Source of the DNA: Chara braunii
Taxonomy: Eukaryota > Plantae > Charophyceae
Direction: 5' to 3'
Assembly: GCA_003427395.1 (NCBI GenBank)
Contig: BFEA01000001.1
Location: forward strand, 3,133,226-3,190,378
DNA length: 57,153 nt
Part shown: positions 13,280-26,918 of the stretch, in pieces
Numbering within the stretch: position 1 is the stretch's first letter
Layout: every line of letters begins with the position of its first letter
Made by a program: the position numbers and the translations under genes
Notes under the pieces: model-generated
Seen by the model: the letters and a program-made list of their open reading frames with translations, nothing else
Told to the model about the DNA's origin: nothing
Database searches by the model: none

Positions 13280-14100
13280 CTCGACCTGCGCTCCATTAAC
13301 GTAAATGGCCTGGCATCGAGTAAACTCGAAAAACACCAAGCCATCTGGGATCAGCTTAGAGGGGTAGGAGGTTGGCGATGGCCAGGCGTGATTTGCGTAC
13401 AAGAGACCCATTTGCAAGACAATCCAGAACACAACAGGGCACGCAAGCTGGTCTGGCCTCACACAGCCATAAGAGTTCATGCTCCAAGACCAGGCTCAGC
13501 AGGGGTGGCAATTTTGGGTCCCTCCTGACTCTAGATTCCAGCCGGTTTATTGGGTGGTGGACAAAGAAGAAGGGAGATGGGCCTCCGTCTTGGGAACATT
13601 AGAACCAAAACCGATTTGCATTCTCTGCGTATATTCACCTAATTCAGTGGGGGATAGAAGGGAGTTCTTGGGGAGGATAGGAACGCAAGTCCTGGAAGGT
13701 ATTCCCTTAATCATAGCGAGGGATTTCAACGCTACTCCCGACAAGGGACTGGACAGATGGAATCCTCAAGAATTTCCCTCCTTTGTGGCGATCGAAGATG
13801 AGCAAATGTTGGCTGACCTTTGTGAGACTCTCTCGGTCTTCGACACCTTCCGCCGCTTACACCCCCAAACACGAACCTTCACATGCATACGGGATAGTGA
13901 CCCATCACTGTTATCTAAATCACGAATTGACCTTATCCTGCTTTCTAATGACCAAGAGGGGGCTCTGCGATGGTCACTAATTCTCCCACGCAGCCCGCAT
14001 CCGGGGTTAGACCATAAGACTTGTGGCATAATACTAACAATGAGGAAAACGTCGGATCAAGGACCAGGTTTCTACAAGTTAAATACCTCCTTGCTTAAGG
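13280..14100 (+). pseudogene. AP-like endonuclease domain of LINE ORF2
   Basis: SINVNGL, ICVQETHL, CVYSPN, ARDFN, SRIDLIL, LDHK, GPGFYKLN. Confidence 0.92.
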
Positions 14101-14729
14101 ACTCATCATTCTTATACATGATTCGACACGAATGGGACTTCTGGTGCCAACAAAGTCACCTTTTTTATTCCCGTCTACTATGGTTCAACAATGGTCTAAT
14201 CTTCTTGGCCAGAAAGTGTAAAGAATTCTCCAAAGCTAAAGCAGTCTTATGACAACACCAAGAAATGACCACCCACAACGAACTAATAGCCCTGGAATGA
14301 CAGGCAGAGTCACAACATCTCACTTCTTCTCAAGAGCCACAACATCTCACCAACTCCATCCAAAGAGTCAAAGATCAACTTCTGCAATACGCACTACACA
14401 GATGGCAATGAATCAGGATCCGCGGGAAAATGGTCAAACTCACTCACGAGGCCTCAATGGACACCCAATTCTTCTCAATGACCACCGCACGTACACGACG
14501 AACGGTCATAGAGGTCTTTCATGACCCGGACAACAGCGACGTCATTGCTACTGACACGACGCACTATATGTTGATTACTAGGAAATTATTTAAACAATTA
14601 TATACATCTCAGGTTTCGTCCCCGCATGGGGAAGAGAGAATCAGGGAAATGCAGGACTTCCTACTTCCAATGGATCGGCACATATCCCCGCAACAGCGTG
14701 ACAAGTTTGAGGCATAATTAACAAACGAA

Positions 14730-16070
14730 GAAGTGTGGACAACCTTCCTCCTAATGAAGGAAGAAAAAAACCTCGGCATAGATGGATTTCCCAAAGAATT
14801 TTGGGAAGCCACTTGGACGGACCTGAGCACCGATTTGTGGGAATACTATCAGGACGTATGGGAGGCTGGGGAGACGGGAGAAACCGTGGGGAAGGAGGTG
14901 CTATCGCTCCTATAGAAGAAAAAAGATAAAATGAATATCAGAAATTACAGACCTATTACGCTGCTCACAATGGTATATAAAATGTTGTCCAAAGCACTGG
15001 CCAACCGTATGGCGACGGTTTTGGAAGAGGTCATACATCCAGCCCAAACAGGGTTCATGTCGGGCAGGAACACACAATAAAACATCCTGCTGGTAAAAGA
15101 CCTGGTCCAATTAGCACGACGAAATCAGGCAAATGCGGCCATCATTTTTATAGATTTTGAAAAGGTCTACGACCACGTAGATTGATGCTTTCTAGATAAA
15201 TGTTTGGAAAAAATAAAATTTGGACCTGTTTTCCGATGCTGGGTCAAGATCCTCCATAATAATGTCACTACTTGCGTTCATGTCAATGGGTCAGTAGCAC
15301 CCCCATTTGAGCTCCAACGGCCTGTGAGACAAGGGGATCCTATCGCCCCCTATCTCTTTTTGGTAATAATGGAAGCACTGTCAGCCAACTTGTGTCATAA
15401 CAAGGACCTCACATGCATTAAGATATCTAATATCTCGGAGGAAGCAATACCTATTTGTTCTCTATTCGCAGATGATCTAACCATAATGGTAGACGCGACA
15501 GGATCCAACATGGAAGAAATTCAGCATCTTATGAACAAGTTCTGCCAGTTGTCAGATATGACGGTGAACTGGGGAAAGAAGACTGTGGGATGGTGGATGC
15601 ATCACCAAGGGGGAAGACCCCCGGAAAACCCACGCATCACATGGCTCCCCCCAGACGACCCCCTAAGAATCTTGGGGGCGCTAGTCACAGCTAGAGGGAA
15701 GCCGACAACCAATGACGAGTGGATGGCAGGACCCGTGCGAGTCAAGTTGGAAAAATGAAACAATAAACGTGCATCAATTTTCGGGCGGGCACTCGTCATT
15801 AATAATGTGGTCCTAGCCACACTCTGGTACAAGGTCATCCTATGGCCCATGAGTAATGGGGGGCTTCAAGCACTTAAACGACAGCTAGTGGCCTTCCTAT
15901 GGAGAGGCGATAGTAACACTCCTCACGTTATTAGCCGAGTGGCGTGGGAGTCGGTGATTCAGCCCAAGAACAGAGGAGGACTAGGAATTGTGGACCCGGC
16001 CACACAATTCCAGGCCCTCTCGATTCGCTGGCTTCAACATATTATCTTTTCGCCATCATCCCCATGAACC
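14730..16070 (+). pseudogene. Non-LTR reverse transcriptase domain
   Basis: GIDGFPKEFW, NYRPITLL, DFEKVYD, RQGDPIAPYLF, LFADD, GGLGIVD; interrupted by stop codons. Confidence 0.93.
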
Positions 16071-16840
16071 CCCCTATCCCTGGCACAGATCTCTGCCCTG
16101 GCCCCGGAAACCCCACCCGAGACTGACCCTCAGGTATGGCTCGACGACAGATATTGGAGGCTACCCAGTACAGGAACGGGAACCCCACTGATAGACACTG
16201 GGAACGCCTCATACGCACATGGAGAAAACTCTCTCCCCCAGACCGTCCAGCACCAGAGAGGTGGGAGGAAATATTCAGGCAACCCTTATTTGGCAACCGT
16301 CTAATAATGGACTCCCGGGGCCGTGTGCGGTGCTGCTCGGATACTCCATGGAAGGGTTGGGTGAAACATGGTATACGAAGGGTCGGGGACCTTTGGGATA
16401 TGGAGGCGAAAAGTTGGAAGAGCACGGAAAGAATGCGAGCATGTCTGCGGTACTGCCATTTTACGGAAACCGCATTGAACGATCTCATCGACAACTTCCC
16501 CCTTCAATGGTATAATACCCTTCGAAAAGGTCCCTGCATAAAGGAAGGAGATTGGGTAGGGCTGCCCGACCACGACAAGGAGGTAGGGCATGTGCACTTG
16601 GCATACCAATCACACGTGTTGATCGAAGTCTTCTCCATTCAGAAGGGCGAAGAATTACGGTGGAACCAACAACCCTTCATATGGAAGGAGCGAAAAGGCG
16701 TTTATCGGGTCAGGATTATTGATGAAGGAGGTCGCCAGAGGGTGTATTGCCCAATGATCCCGATCGAGGACCTCCCCATAGACCCCGAAGAGTGACAATG
16801 GTCCCTAGACGCCCGGACCAGGAAGGGGGAAGCAAACACG

Positions 16841-17773
16841 TTGACACTATTCAACTTAAAGTCCAAATCAGCCTACCGAATGCTCAGACCTAAATGCAGA
16901 CTGCGGGACCTCGTTGAAGACAGATGGTATCGCCATCTCAATATAGACCGCAGCTCGCTTAAACCCATCCGATGGTTTGCACATTACAGCAGTAGACCTG
17001 CCAAAATCTCTGCCCTCCAGTGGCAAATAGAACACAGATGTCTACCAACCAATGACTGGCTGATAGACCACACACCCCTGGAACAACAAGGGAAGGCACT
17101 GCCATGGTGCCATAAATGTCTCCAGAGCTACCCTGGGAGAAAGCGGGCTGAGACCATAGAGCATATCTTTCTTCAATGTCCCGCANCGGTGCTGTTGTGG
17201 ANAAGTTGGGATAGGNTTTGGCGACNCATTGTTCCGGGTGCAGTGTGGCCATGGGAGTGGCGGGCCATACTCTTGGGGTACTACCCTCCAATCCGGGGAA
17301 ATATATTTGAGGAAAATATGTTCAACCTGGGGAGACNGAGCGTCCTATGGGCCATCTGGTGGAGGAGATGTATCCAGGAGGTTGAGGGGGCGCGGGTGGA
17401 AGACGGAGAAGTTATGGAACAAATACGGACATTGGTTCAACACGAAATTGCGACCCGATGGAAGGCAGCCAAAGATAAGCCGGACCAAATGCACACCTGG
17501 GGGGATATGAACAGGATTATCTCCTGTTACAACAAGAACTGGCTGGGAGGGGAAAGGAAGGGATGGGTGGCCGAGGTAAAATGGTCCGGGGATTGTCGGC
17601 CTGACGAAGAACCACAGGAGGAACCCCGGAGAGAGATGGTAAGAGACTACCAGCTGATTTTTCACGACTGGACTAACATAGATCCCGACAGCCCACTCCG
17701 TGCTGCACAGGAATTCACAGATCCCTTCCCCCCCCACCCACTGTCCTTGGAAGAAAGATTGCCACTTTCATGA
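16841..17773 (+). pseudogene. LINE ORF2 C-terminal zinc-finger region
   Basis: LPT...CHKC...ETIEHIFLQC...LWAIWWRRC. Confidence 0.85.
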
Positions 17774-18134
17774 CCCCAGGGGCCGGGTGGTAGGATCTGG
17801 TGGGATACAGCCTGTCGCAGCTCAGCCCAGTTCAAGTCCATTCAGCCATTCCAGTTAATTCAGCTACTTCAGGCTGTCCTGTCTACTCAGCTGCTCTGCT
17901 TACCTCTGTTTTCTGCTCATCTGGTTATCTGTGCTTATCCTTGTTTATCCCTGCTTATCTCTGTCCTCTTCAATGCATTCTCAGTTAGGTTTGGAAGAGT
18001 AGATGGGATAAGGGACGCTGGACCCGGTTTCCAGCACAATACTGGTTTATAAAGGGAGATTCATGGGACGCTGAACCCGGTTTCCAGCAGGCGATGCCTG
18101 TTTTCCCTGTTCTTCTTAGCTTGTTTTTTTCTTT

Positions 18135-19210
18135 TTGGCCTGCTCAGTCAATCCCCTGGGTTGCTGGGTATTCAACGCTGGCAGGCCCCACAATCCTCAC
18201 TTTTGCTCAGATATTCTAATTTTGGTATATGGGACACGGGACGCCGTGAGGATAGTAGGTGGAGGGCAGGAACTAGGGGAGGGAGGGAGATTCCACTGGT
18301 GCCCCCTGGTGGTTCTCCCCCCAGTACCCGACGGTGCTGCAGGTTAGGAGTGAAGGGTAAAGTTAGATTNNNNNNNNNNNNGGGGGCGGGAGCCGGCTTC
18401 CGACAGAGGTGCTCATCCCAGGATGAGGACAAAAGACGGGGGATTTGCAGAGTAGGGAATTGTGAAGTGGGAGTAAGGTTTGAGTGGCCAATCCTTCTCG
18501 TTCGTCCTCCAGTTTTTCCATTGTAGCCTGGATTCGTGGAGGTCAGCCATGGCTCTTTTGGGACCCAGCCAGTCTTCCGTGAAGCGGGCAGTGAGCTCAT
18601 TCTCTTTTAGCCGTTTCTGCGCTGTTGAAAGGTATGCAGGTTTTTCAATTTGTTGGCTGGTTTTGTCCCATGCGGCTCTGATTCTCGCCACTAGGTAGTG
18701 TGACAGTTGTTCCTTCGCGTGGGATGCAGTGAAGGTATGCAGGTTTCTTTCGAAGGAGCAGCGGGTCCGCCAAGCTAGCATCAGCAGTTCAATTCTGACT
18801 ACTTGAAACAGGTTTTCTTCGTAGGGTGACCAGTCAGGTCGGGGGGCTGCAGCCCTCTTTACGCCACACCTTATCATTTTTAAACCACCAGTACTTGGGC
18901 GACGCCTTAGCGTTAACACTATGCGATTTCCGCGGCCGGCGGGCCGTCGATAAATAGAATCGACAGCCCGCGCTGCTTCGATATTTGGGCGGCCGGTGCG
19001 GCGGGCAGTGCCCAAGTACTGGTGGTTTAACCTTCCAAAGAGCCCACAAATGCACAGGCCTTGTAGCTTCCAAAAACATATAGATCAGGCATGGGGAAGT
19101 CAAAGGCCAAGCAGCCAAAAGAACCCGGTCATCAGTCCAGGAGGAGGCAAGAGGTCCAACAAAAGGGTTCTCCATTCGCCACCAACTCCAGCCCGACACC
19201 ATTGTGAGGG
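18135..19210 (-). mobile_element. Antisense LINE ORF2 C-terminal and 3' fragments
   Basis: HLWALWKVK(NDKVW) is restored when the MITE at 18884 is removed; ELLMLAWRTRC...IRAAW is also LINE C-terminal-like. Confidence 0.55.
18884..19026. mobile_element. TTAA-flanked MITE (ACCACCAGTAC family)
   Basis: Perfect 17-bp TIR ACCACCAGTACTTGGGC / GCCCAAGTACTGGTGGT; TTAA at 18880-18883 and 19027-19030. Confidence 0.88.
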
Positions 19211-19215
19211 GGGGT

Positions 19216-19219
<4 letters not shown>

Positions 19220-19276
<57 letters not shown>
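19220..19276 (+). repeat. Long poly(A) tract, probable retroposon tail
   Basis: About 57 A preceded by TTT. Confidence 0.7.
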
Positions 19277-19281
<5 letters not shown>

Positions 19282-20499
19282 TTCGAGAATGCATCGTGCC
19301 GCACTTAAGTGCACCCTGGATGAAGCTGAAGGCAATCTCTTTCAGAGCTTATAAAGCCCTCCCTTTTCTTTTGTTCTTCTTTTCATAAGCAGTATCTCAG
19401 CTCTGTCTGATGTGACTCCCAGTGAGAGGCGGGGGGNGGGGAGAAATCTATTCCCGGCCGGCTGCTTCCATTTCAGGGCATTCGCAGGCCAGAATGCATC
19501 TGACTGCACTTCCGGCCAGGCCTGCCATGGCACATCAGTGAAAACGAGAAAATGACCAGGCTTAACATGGCATACGAATGAAAACGAGAATGACTGCCGC
19601 CTTTCATTCTAGCTGCTGGCAGCAGGTCCAGCACAAAGGGTGGTACCAACCGACAAATTTCACCTACTGTTTCGCCTACTTGTTCCTGCCCCCTCCAGCC
19701 TCCTCCAAGCTCAGGAAAACTCGCCTGCATCGGTTAACAGGCTCTGTTCTGTGGAATAATTCGAGCATAAAGCATCCGAGGTAGGGGTGCCAACATCAGA
19801 AGTAGGGTTGCCAACATCATAAGGAGGGGTACGGGCAACCCTCTCACTCACAAAGTATTATACCATGACAAGGCCAAATTCAGAATGGACGAGTTTGCAA
19901 CTTTGCAGCGCAGCGCTATTATTACTACTCTTGCATCAGTGGCGGAAAAGTGATCCACAAAATCTGATGGAGGCCTCATGGCTGAAGGGTACACCCATGA
20001 ACTGATGATGTACACACCACCTTTTTTTCTGCGAAGAAGATTTCATTCATTCAGCCAGGAAATGGGCCTGGAGTCCCTCACAAATGTTGTGTGGTCCATC
20101 TGATGGCTGACGTGACGCCGGCCAGATTCAAGAGGAGGACCACTCAAATGAAAAAGGAAACGAAAAACAAGTCTACAAATCAACTGACGTGTAATCACAA
20201 TGATAGGCTTAGCACTTATACCAGAAAACCGACCAAATCTGAAACCACCAGTACACGCGCGCCTGTTTCACAGGGCTTTCAGGATGTTATTCCTCGCTTG
20301 TCTCTAAGGGAAAGCAAAGAGGAGGGAAGGGAGGGAGGGGAGGAGAAGGGGGGTGCTTGGGCCCGGGGTTGCTTTGAGGATGTTATTTCTGGTTCATATT
20401 CAAGGGATGAAGGGGCCTCCACTTGCCCCTGCAAAGGGATCTTCATCTCAATTTCGAGTGGAGGAAGTAATCAATGCCTCTCACCCGGGGCAAAGTCCC

Positions 20500-21149
20500 A
20501 CTTGCATGGATGAAGAGGGTTTTGGCCATTGACTTTTTCATTATCTACGGCCACTATCTCTTGACCATGCACGTGGGACCTATGGACCTAGTCCCCAACT
20601 TTGATGTGTAAGAGTTTGCATTCTGTTTAATGCAAAGGGACATTGGGCCCGGTTCCCAGCACGTGCTGTTCCACACAAATGGGAGGGATGGACCCTTCCA
20701 TTGGCAGACCTTCTATCACCGCCCTAGGGCTGTCATCTCTTATTAGAATTGACTTTCTAGCCCCCTATTCTGAATGCCCCTCCTCCCCGGGTGCTGCAAG
20801 AGCGATTTTGTAGATGATGAGGGATTCAGACTAGGGATATGACGTTAGACTGCGATGACCAGTTAATCCCCTCGGTTGAGGGCAATCAATGCTGCTCATC
20901 GGATTAATGATGTGTGCCTGCGTGTCGATTCAGGTGATCACTCATGTTTATAGTAGGATGGACACGTGGCACGGTTACATAACTCCTGTTTGTTTACAAA
21001 CTACCCCTTCCAAGAAATGTTAAGGGACGCTGCACCCGGTTTCCAGCAGGTGTTGCTTCCCACCAATAGATGGAGCCTCCCCGAGCATGCTAGTGGTGTC
21101 TGCCCTTATCAGCACCCCTAGCACTCACTCGGGTTGAAAAAAAAAAAAG
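20500..21149 (+). mobile_element. 3' end of a LINE-like retroposon with poly(A)
   Basis: Two copies of the shared hairpin module (20637, 21024) followed by an A-run at ~21137-21148. The 5' boundary is unknown. Confidence 0.55.
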
Positions 21150-21252
21150 AATTGAGGAAAACCTGGAAACGCACGAAAGAAAACGAAAAACGGCCGCTCG
21201 AATTCTGGACATTCGTTAAAATTGGAAGATTCAAGGTTAGTATGGCCCCTGC

Positions 21253-21390
21253 ACCACCAATACTTGGCCCAGCTACCGGCTGCAGAAAAAAATAGAGTAG
21301 AAATGTTTCTAGTAAGATGAATTTGGGCGCGCACACGTTTCCTAAAATGGTGGCTTGTTAACTGGAACAACTTCAGGAAATACTGGTGTT
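21253..21390. mobile_element. Degenerate ACCACCAGTAC-family MITE
   Basis: ACCACCAATACTT...ATACTGGTGTT; interior closely resembles 45724-45873. Confidence 0.7.
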
Positions 21391-22495
21391 TTACACCACC
21401 AGTACCTTTCTCAGCTATTGATTGGGAGCCTTTCTTTCTTTTTTTTGTTTTTTGAAGTCCATGGTGTTGTAGAGGCCAGTCACTGTGTACACAGTGATCA
21501 CCTGGAGCAGTAGGCCGTGGGTGTCCTGGAACATGAGACCACCTCCCATCCCATCCTCACGTCAATACTCCTAGTGCACCCCCTATCCCACTATCCTACC
21601 TCAGTGTGACCAGCACTCAGGACCATTACCCTACCAATGGGCAGGTAACTTGGACCGAACAGCAGTGATAGGCACCAGGGCTGATAGGTTGCCCAGCCCT
21701 GGTGGAAGCGGAGTCGGACGAGCCTTGTCGAACGGGAACTTCGGACGCCAGGCCCAGACAATCTACTACAGGCCCCAAGAGACTCTGGGCCCTAGGTTTC
21801 AGACAGGGTAGCACCCATTGAAGCAGGCGGAACTCGGACTGGCCTGAGCGACTTATACCCCTACCCTTACCCCAGGGTCTAAGCCTTATATATAGCCACT
21901 AGACAGTTCTACCCAAATATCAGTCGGAACTCCGGTGGCCCATACCTGTCCCTACCGCAGATACTAGACCCCACCCAGTGACTAGACCCCCCCAGTCTGA
22001 TAGTTGTGTAGTTCGAAATGCATGTGTGTACCCGAAGGCTGTGTATGCTTCCTGTATCTATGTATGAAGATGTACAGACAGCACTACGTGTGGAAACTTG
22101 TGTATGTAGCCTGTAGGCCATGTATAATTTGCAAGCTATGTATATGCCCGAAGGCTGTGTGTGCTCTGTGAATCAATGTATCGTGATGTATAGGCAGCGT
22201 CATGTGTGCATATCGAAGAGAGAACGGGGTAAGCTGGACAAGGACCCCCCCAAGATCTGAGCCAAGCTCGAATCTGTGACCTTGAAACATGTAATCGTAT
22301 GACTCTACCATGTGAACGGCTAGTGGAAATGACATGAACGTGTGATATGCCAGACTGGGGAGATCAACAGAACACCCAAGACCAACACCCCCAAGCAACC
22401 CATGTGAAACCCAGAACCAACATACAACACCATGAACAACCCTTGGGTGGTGTGCAGGCAGTGTCTGTAATAGTACCATGCGTCAGCCCAAGGGA

Positions 22496-23185
22496 NNNNN
22501 NNNNNNNNNNNNNNNNNNNNNNNNNNNNNNNNNNNNNNNNNNNNNNNNNNNNNNNNNNNNNNNNNNNNNNNNNNNNNNNNNNNNNNNNNNNNNNNNNNNN
22601 NNNNNNNNNNNNNNNNNNNNNNNNNNNNNNNNNNNNNNNNNNNNNNNNNNNNNNNNNNNNNNNNNNNNNNNNNNNNNNNNNNNNNNNNNNNNNNNNNNNN
22701 NNNNNNNNNNNNNNNNNNNNNNNNNNNNNNNNNNNNNNNNNNNNNNNNNNNNNNNNNNNNNNNNNNNNNNNNNNNNNNNNNNNNNNNNNNNNNNNNNNNN
22801 NNNNNNNNNNNNNNNNNNNNNNNNNNNNNNNNNNNNNNNNNNNNNNNNNNNNNNNNNNNNNNNNNNNNNNNNNNNNNNNNNNNNNNNNNNNNNNNNNNNN
22901 NNNNNNNNNNNNNNNNNNNNNNNNNNNNNNNNNNNNNNNNNNNNNNNNNNNNNNNNNNNNNNNNNNNNNNNNNNNNNNNNNNNNNNNNNNNNNNNNNNNN
23001 NNNNNNNNNNNNNNNNNNNNNNNNNNNNNNNNNNNNNNNNNNNNNNNNNNNNNNNNNNNNNNNNNNNNNNNNNNNNNNNNNNNNNNNNNNNNNNNNNNNN
23101 NNNNNNNNNNNNNNNNNNNNNNNNNNNNNNNNNNNNNNNNNNNNNNNNNNNNNNNNNNNNNNNNNNNNNNNNNNNNNNNNNNNNN
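22496..23185. other. Assembly gap
   Basis: Run of N. Confidence 0.99.
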
Positions 23186-24689
23186 GAGACATTTCAACGT
23201 CATTGAAACTTCAGCACGACCGGGAGCGCTGCGCCCCCGCCGGAGCAATTTCGGAGACGAAGCGGTGCGACGCGGGATCTACCGGAGAGCCAGGCGACGC
23301 GGTGGGCGAAGACACAAGGCAACGCGGTGGGCGACGACACAAGGAAGCAAGGCGAGAGAAGGATTAGTAAGGGAGAGTTGGAGACGAGGTGGACGGTGGG
23401 ACATGGTGGCGTGCGGTAGGAGATGCGGTGTGTGGTAAGGTAGGGGGGAGGAGGGTGGGGCAGATGGGCAGGGGGATGAGGAGGCGTTGTACTAGGTTAG
23501 GTCTTGTCGTCTTCGTCTTTTGAAAACCCTTCCCTCTTCCTCAACAGTATGGTATGGGTACAGTTATGGCAATTTTGAACCCCCTGTGGCGACTCGCCAA
23601 CAGGTTTGGCTAGGGGGTGCCACACTGTTTTCGATTTCCTTCGGGGGATTGAAGATGGCAGTTCATGTCTTTGGTGCTAGCTTTGCTTTGAGCCTAGATG
23701 CTTGCAGTGGGAGGAAGGGAGTTTCTCCTTCCCCAAAGATGCAGGGGTAGGGTTTGAGGGGTGTGAGGTAAGTGGCTTGTTTGAGGAAGAAGGGATGGGA
23801 GGCTGCTTTTTATTGGATTAGGATTCAGCCCACGCGTGGCTTGGCTGTCTTATAATTCGAACTCTACTAATAATCTTCGGATAACCAAGCTTTCCATCCT
23901 GAGGTTGACTTTTCGTTGATGATTCTAATTCATGATTCTTGATCTTCTTGACAACAGAATTCCAATAATGTGACGTATCAGAATTTTAATTGAGATTTTC
24001 ATGCCCTGCTGTCAATCGTGAATTTTCTGATTCGTCATGCTTTTTTCCCTTGATTTTTCTTGAGTTGTGGTTGCTTTCCCGAAATGTTTTCAGAGGACGT
24101 TTTTGACCAATTTCGTTCTTAGAATTGTGATTAACATCTGATTCATGAGATCTTAGATGTTTTCTGGATAAATTTGATCCCTAATCCGAAATCCGTATTT
24201 TCTATTCTGAGCAAGATTCTTAAGAAGCTTGAGGACTGGTAGAGAGATTTGGGGATGTCTAGGGGAGGGCATCTTACGAAATAACTACGGATTGTTGTTG
24301 GGAGGATGTCGGTCGGAGCTGGGGGAAGTCGCGTCCCCCTGTTACTCAGCATGGTGGGGGTATGAGGCTTGGCAGACTTAGGCAGAGAGTAGGCGGGGTT
24401 TGGAAGGCTTGAAGGAGGGTTGTCAGGGTTTTCTGGTTTGGGATTTTATGAACGGCGGACATTAGCTTGGGTGTCGGTACCCATCTCCTTTTTGTTGTTA
24501 GCGGGCTAGGTGTTTTGAGGATGTGTAGTACTCGGGTTGGGGGGATGGTTTATGGCTGGTGGACTTGCGTCCTACTGGTGAGGAGGGTTAGCTAGTGGGA
24601 CTGGATTAGGGTATAGCCGCAACTGAGATGGTGGCTTAGTTGTTATAAGTCTTGTCGGAGCGAGGTAAGAGGTACGTGGGGTTGGTGTT

Positions 24690-25370
24690 GCGCTTATTAG
24701 GGTGAGGGCGTTCACCTGATTCCTGCTTTTCCGCCTCTTGCGAACTATGGGTGGAGGAGGTCGGCTCGTCGTGAGAGGAGGAATGTGTTGAGGAAGGTGT
24801 TTGTTGTGTGGTTGTGACTCCTGTTCTCATCTCACGAACTATGTGATGGAGGAGGTCGTTTCGTCGGGGGATGAAGAAGAGTAAGGGGTTGGAGGGATTC
24901 CGAAGAGGGAGGATGATTGTTGCTGGTCCGTTAAACCCATTCAAAGGTTATTTTGGGACTACTTCTATTCTTCTTATTTGAACTATGTGGTGGAGGAGGT
25001 CGGCTCGTCGAAGGAAGATGAAGAGTTGAAGTCTGTTTCCAATTGCTATGGGATTGGGTTAGGTTGTTTGTTTTTTTATCTTCCGGGCTATATGGTGGAG
25101 GTGGTCGGCTCGTCGGAAGATGATGAAGAGTAGGGGGCTGAAGGGAAGAGGGAGGATGTTTTCTGGTGGTTTTCTGATGAAGTGTAGTGCTGCGCTTATT
25201 GAGTAAGGGCAAGGATTGGTGAGTTCACCTGATTTCTGCTACTCCTCGTCTTGTGAACTATGGGTGGAGGAGGTCGGTTCATCGTGAGATGAGGAATAGT
25301 TGAGGAAGGTGTCCATTGTGCGGGTGCGGCTGCTGTTCTCATCCCGCGAACTATGTGGTGGAGGAGGTGG
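24690..25370. repeat. Degenerate internal repeats
   Basis: GAACTATG(G/T)GTGGAGGAGGTCGGCTCGTC recurs about 6 times. Confidence 0.7.
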
Positions 25371-25559
25371 GGGTTGGAGGAATGAGAGTGGATCGTTTAT
25401 TTGAGTGGTCTTGAAAATGCTTTAGGTTTCTAGGTACTTCTTACAACTCACTTTTGACTTCTTTGATGCAGTCATATTCATGGATCTGCGGTTTTCCGAT
25501 GCTAGAACGATGCTGGCCGGTGTTGGGGGGGTGCCCTGTAACCTATTGATAGTCGGAGT

Positions 25560-26918
25560 GTGAGGCCTGGTAGAGAGATTTGGGGATGCCTTGGGGCGGA
25601 CATTCTAAGGGAAAACCAAGGGTTGTTGCCGGGACGATGCTGGCCGGAGCTGGGGTGAGTCATGTTGCCCTGTAACCTAGCAAGGTAGGGGCATGAGGCC
25701 TGGGAGCTCGGCAGGGAATAAGATAGTGTTGGAGATTTTTAGAGGTTTTGTTAAGGAGTCCAGGGGTTCTCAGCATTCAATTTAGCAATAGGCCAGCAAT
25801 TACCCAAATTTTTCTAAATGTTTAATTCTCTTGAACTCTTTTGAATTTCTTCAATAGTTCTCAATAATTCTCAGATTGATTCTCAGTCAAAGCCGGGTAA
25901 TGGCCCTGGTATCTCAAATGACTTGTATAGCTCTATACGGGACGTTGGGTCTGGTTCCCAGCACGTGCTACTCCCCACGAATAGACTAGAGTTTTTGTCC
26001 CCCCCCCAAAAACAAAGGTTGGTCAGACAGCGAATAGCCTTCCCTAGGCAGTGTCTACTGGTTCTACGCTGACCAAGGTCTTACCTGCGACAACCCTTCT
26101 GACCCAACCCGGACACCATGTTCCTAGCATAGCCTTCTATTATTGTCGTATTAGGGGTTGTGTTATTGTTGATGCTGAGGGGGCAAAGTTATTGATTCTG
26201 TAACTCGCACCAGTTCGCCGCAGGGCCGATTCCTGCCAGGGAAGACCTCCGGCCCATCCCCCCTTGCACTATCAGTTGGTTATTATTAGTCGTGAGTTGT
26301 GATCCCAGTCCAGTCCGGAACTGAATGTTTCCATGGAGCCACCCTAAGCAATGTCTTACCTAAGCCAACTCTAGACAAGTTTGGGCGCCTATTGGGATGA
26401 TGTTACAGTTGGTATGAGTGCCACTCTTTTTTTTTTGGGGGGGGGNGGGGGGGGGGACAAATGCTCCAATCTATTCGTGGGGAGCAACACGTTCTGGAAA
26501 CCAGGCCCAGCGTCCCATGTAGGATATACAAATGATTTGAAATACCAGGGCCATTACCTGGCTTCGGCTAAGAACAATCTGAAAACTATGAAAAAAATTC
26601 AGGAAGATTTAGGAAAAATGTGGATAACTGTTGACCAATTGCTAGGCTACTCCAGCAACAATTACTAAGTAGGACAGGAAAGCCACAAAAGTCCTTCGAA
26701 TGCTCAGAACCCCTTGACTCCCCGACAAAACACTCTTAAATTCTCTAACACTGTCTAATTCCCTGCCGAGCTCTCCCAAGCCTCATGCCCCCACCCTGCT
26801 AGGTTACAGGGCAACACGACTCACCCCAGCTCCGGCCAGCGTCGTCCCGACAGCAACACTTGATTTTCCCTTGGAATGCCCGGACCAAGGCATCCCCAGA
26901 TCTCTCTACCAGCCTCAC
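25560..26918. repeat. Diverged inverted repeat pair (arms ~25560-25995 and ~26460-26918)
   Basis: GGTAGAGAGATTTGGGGATGCCTTGG...GCTGGCCGGAGCTGGGGTGAGTC...GGGGTTCTCAGCATTC matches the reverse complement of 26700-26915. Both arms end in the shared hairpin module. Confidence 0.85.

Larger units (their letters stand above)
11380..18120 (+). mobile_element. Decayed L1/Tx1-like LINE (ORF1 region, APE, RT, C-terminal zinc finger, 3' UTR)
   Basis: Ordered APE, RT and CCHC motifs (see sub-features) with many stops. Ends are approximate and no TSD was found. Confidence 0.9.

Noticed and set aside
21470-22495. Possible LTR fragment
   Set aside because: No partner LTR, PBS or TSD is visible, and it is truncated by the gap.
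22320-23438. Long ORFs spanning N-runs (also 32300-33144 and 48672-49460)
   Set aside because: They are open only because of assembly gaps.
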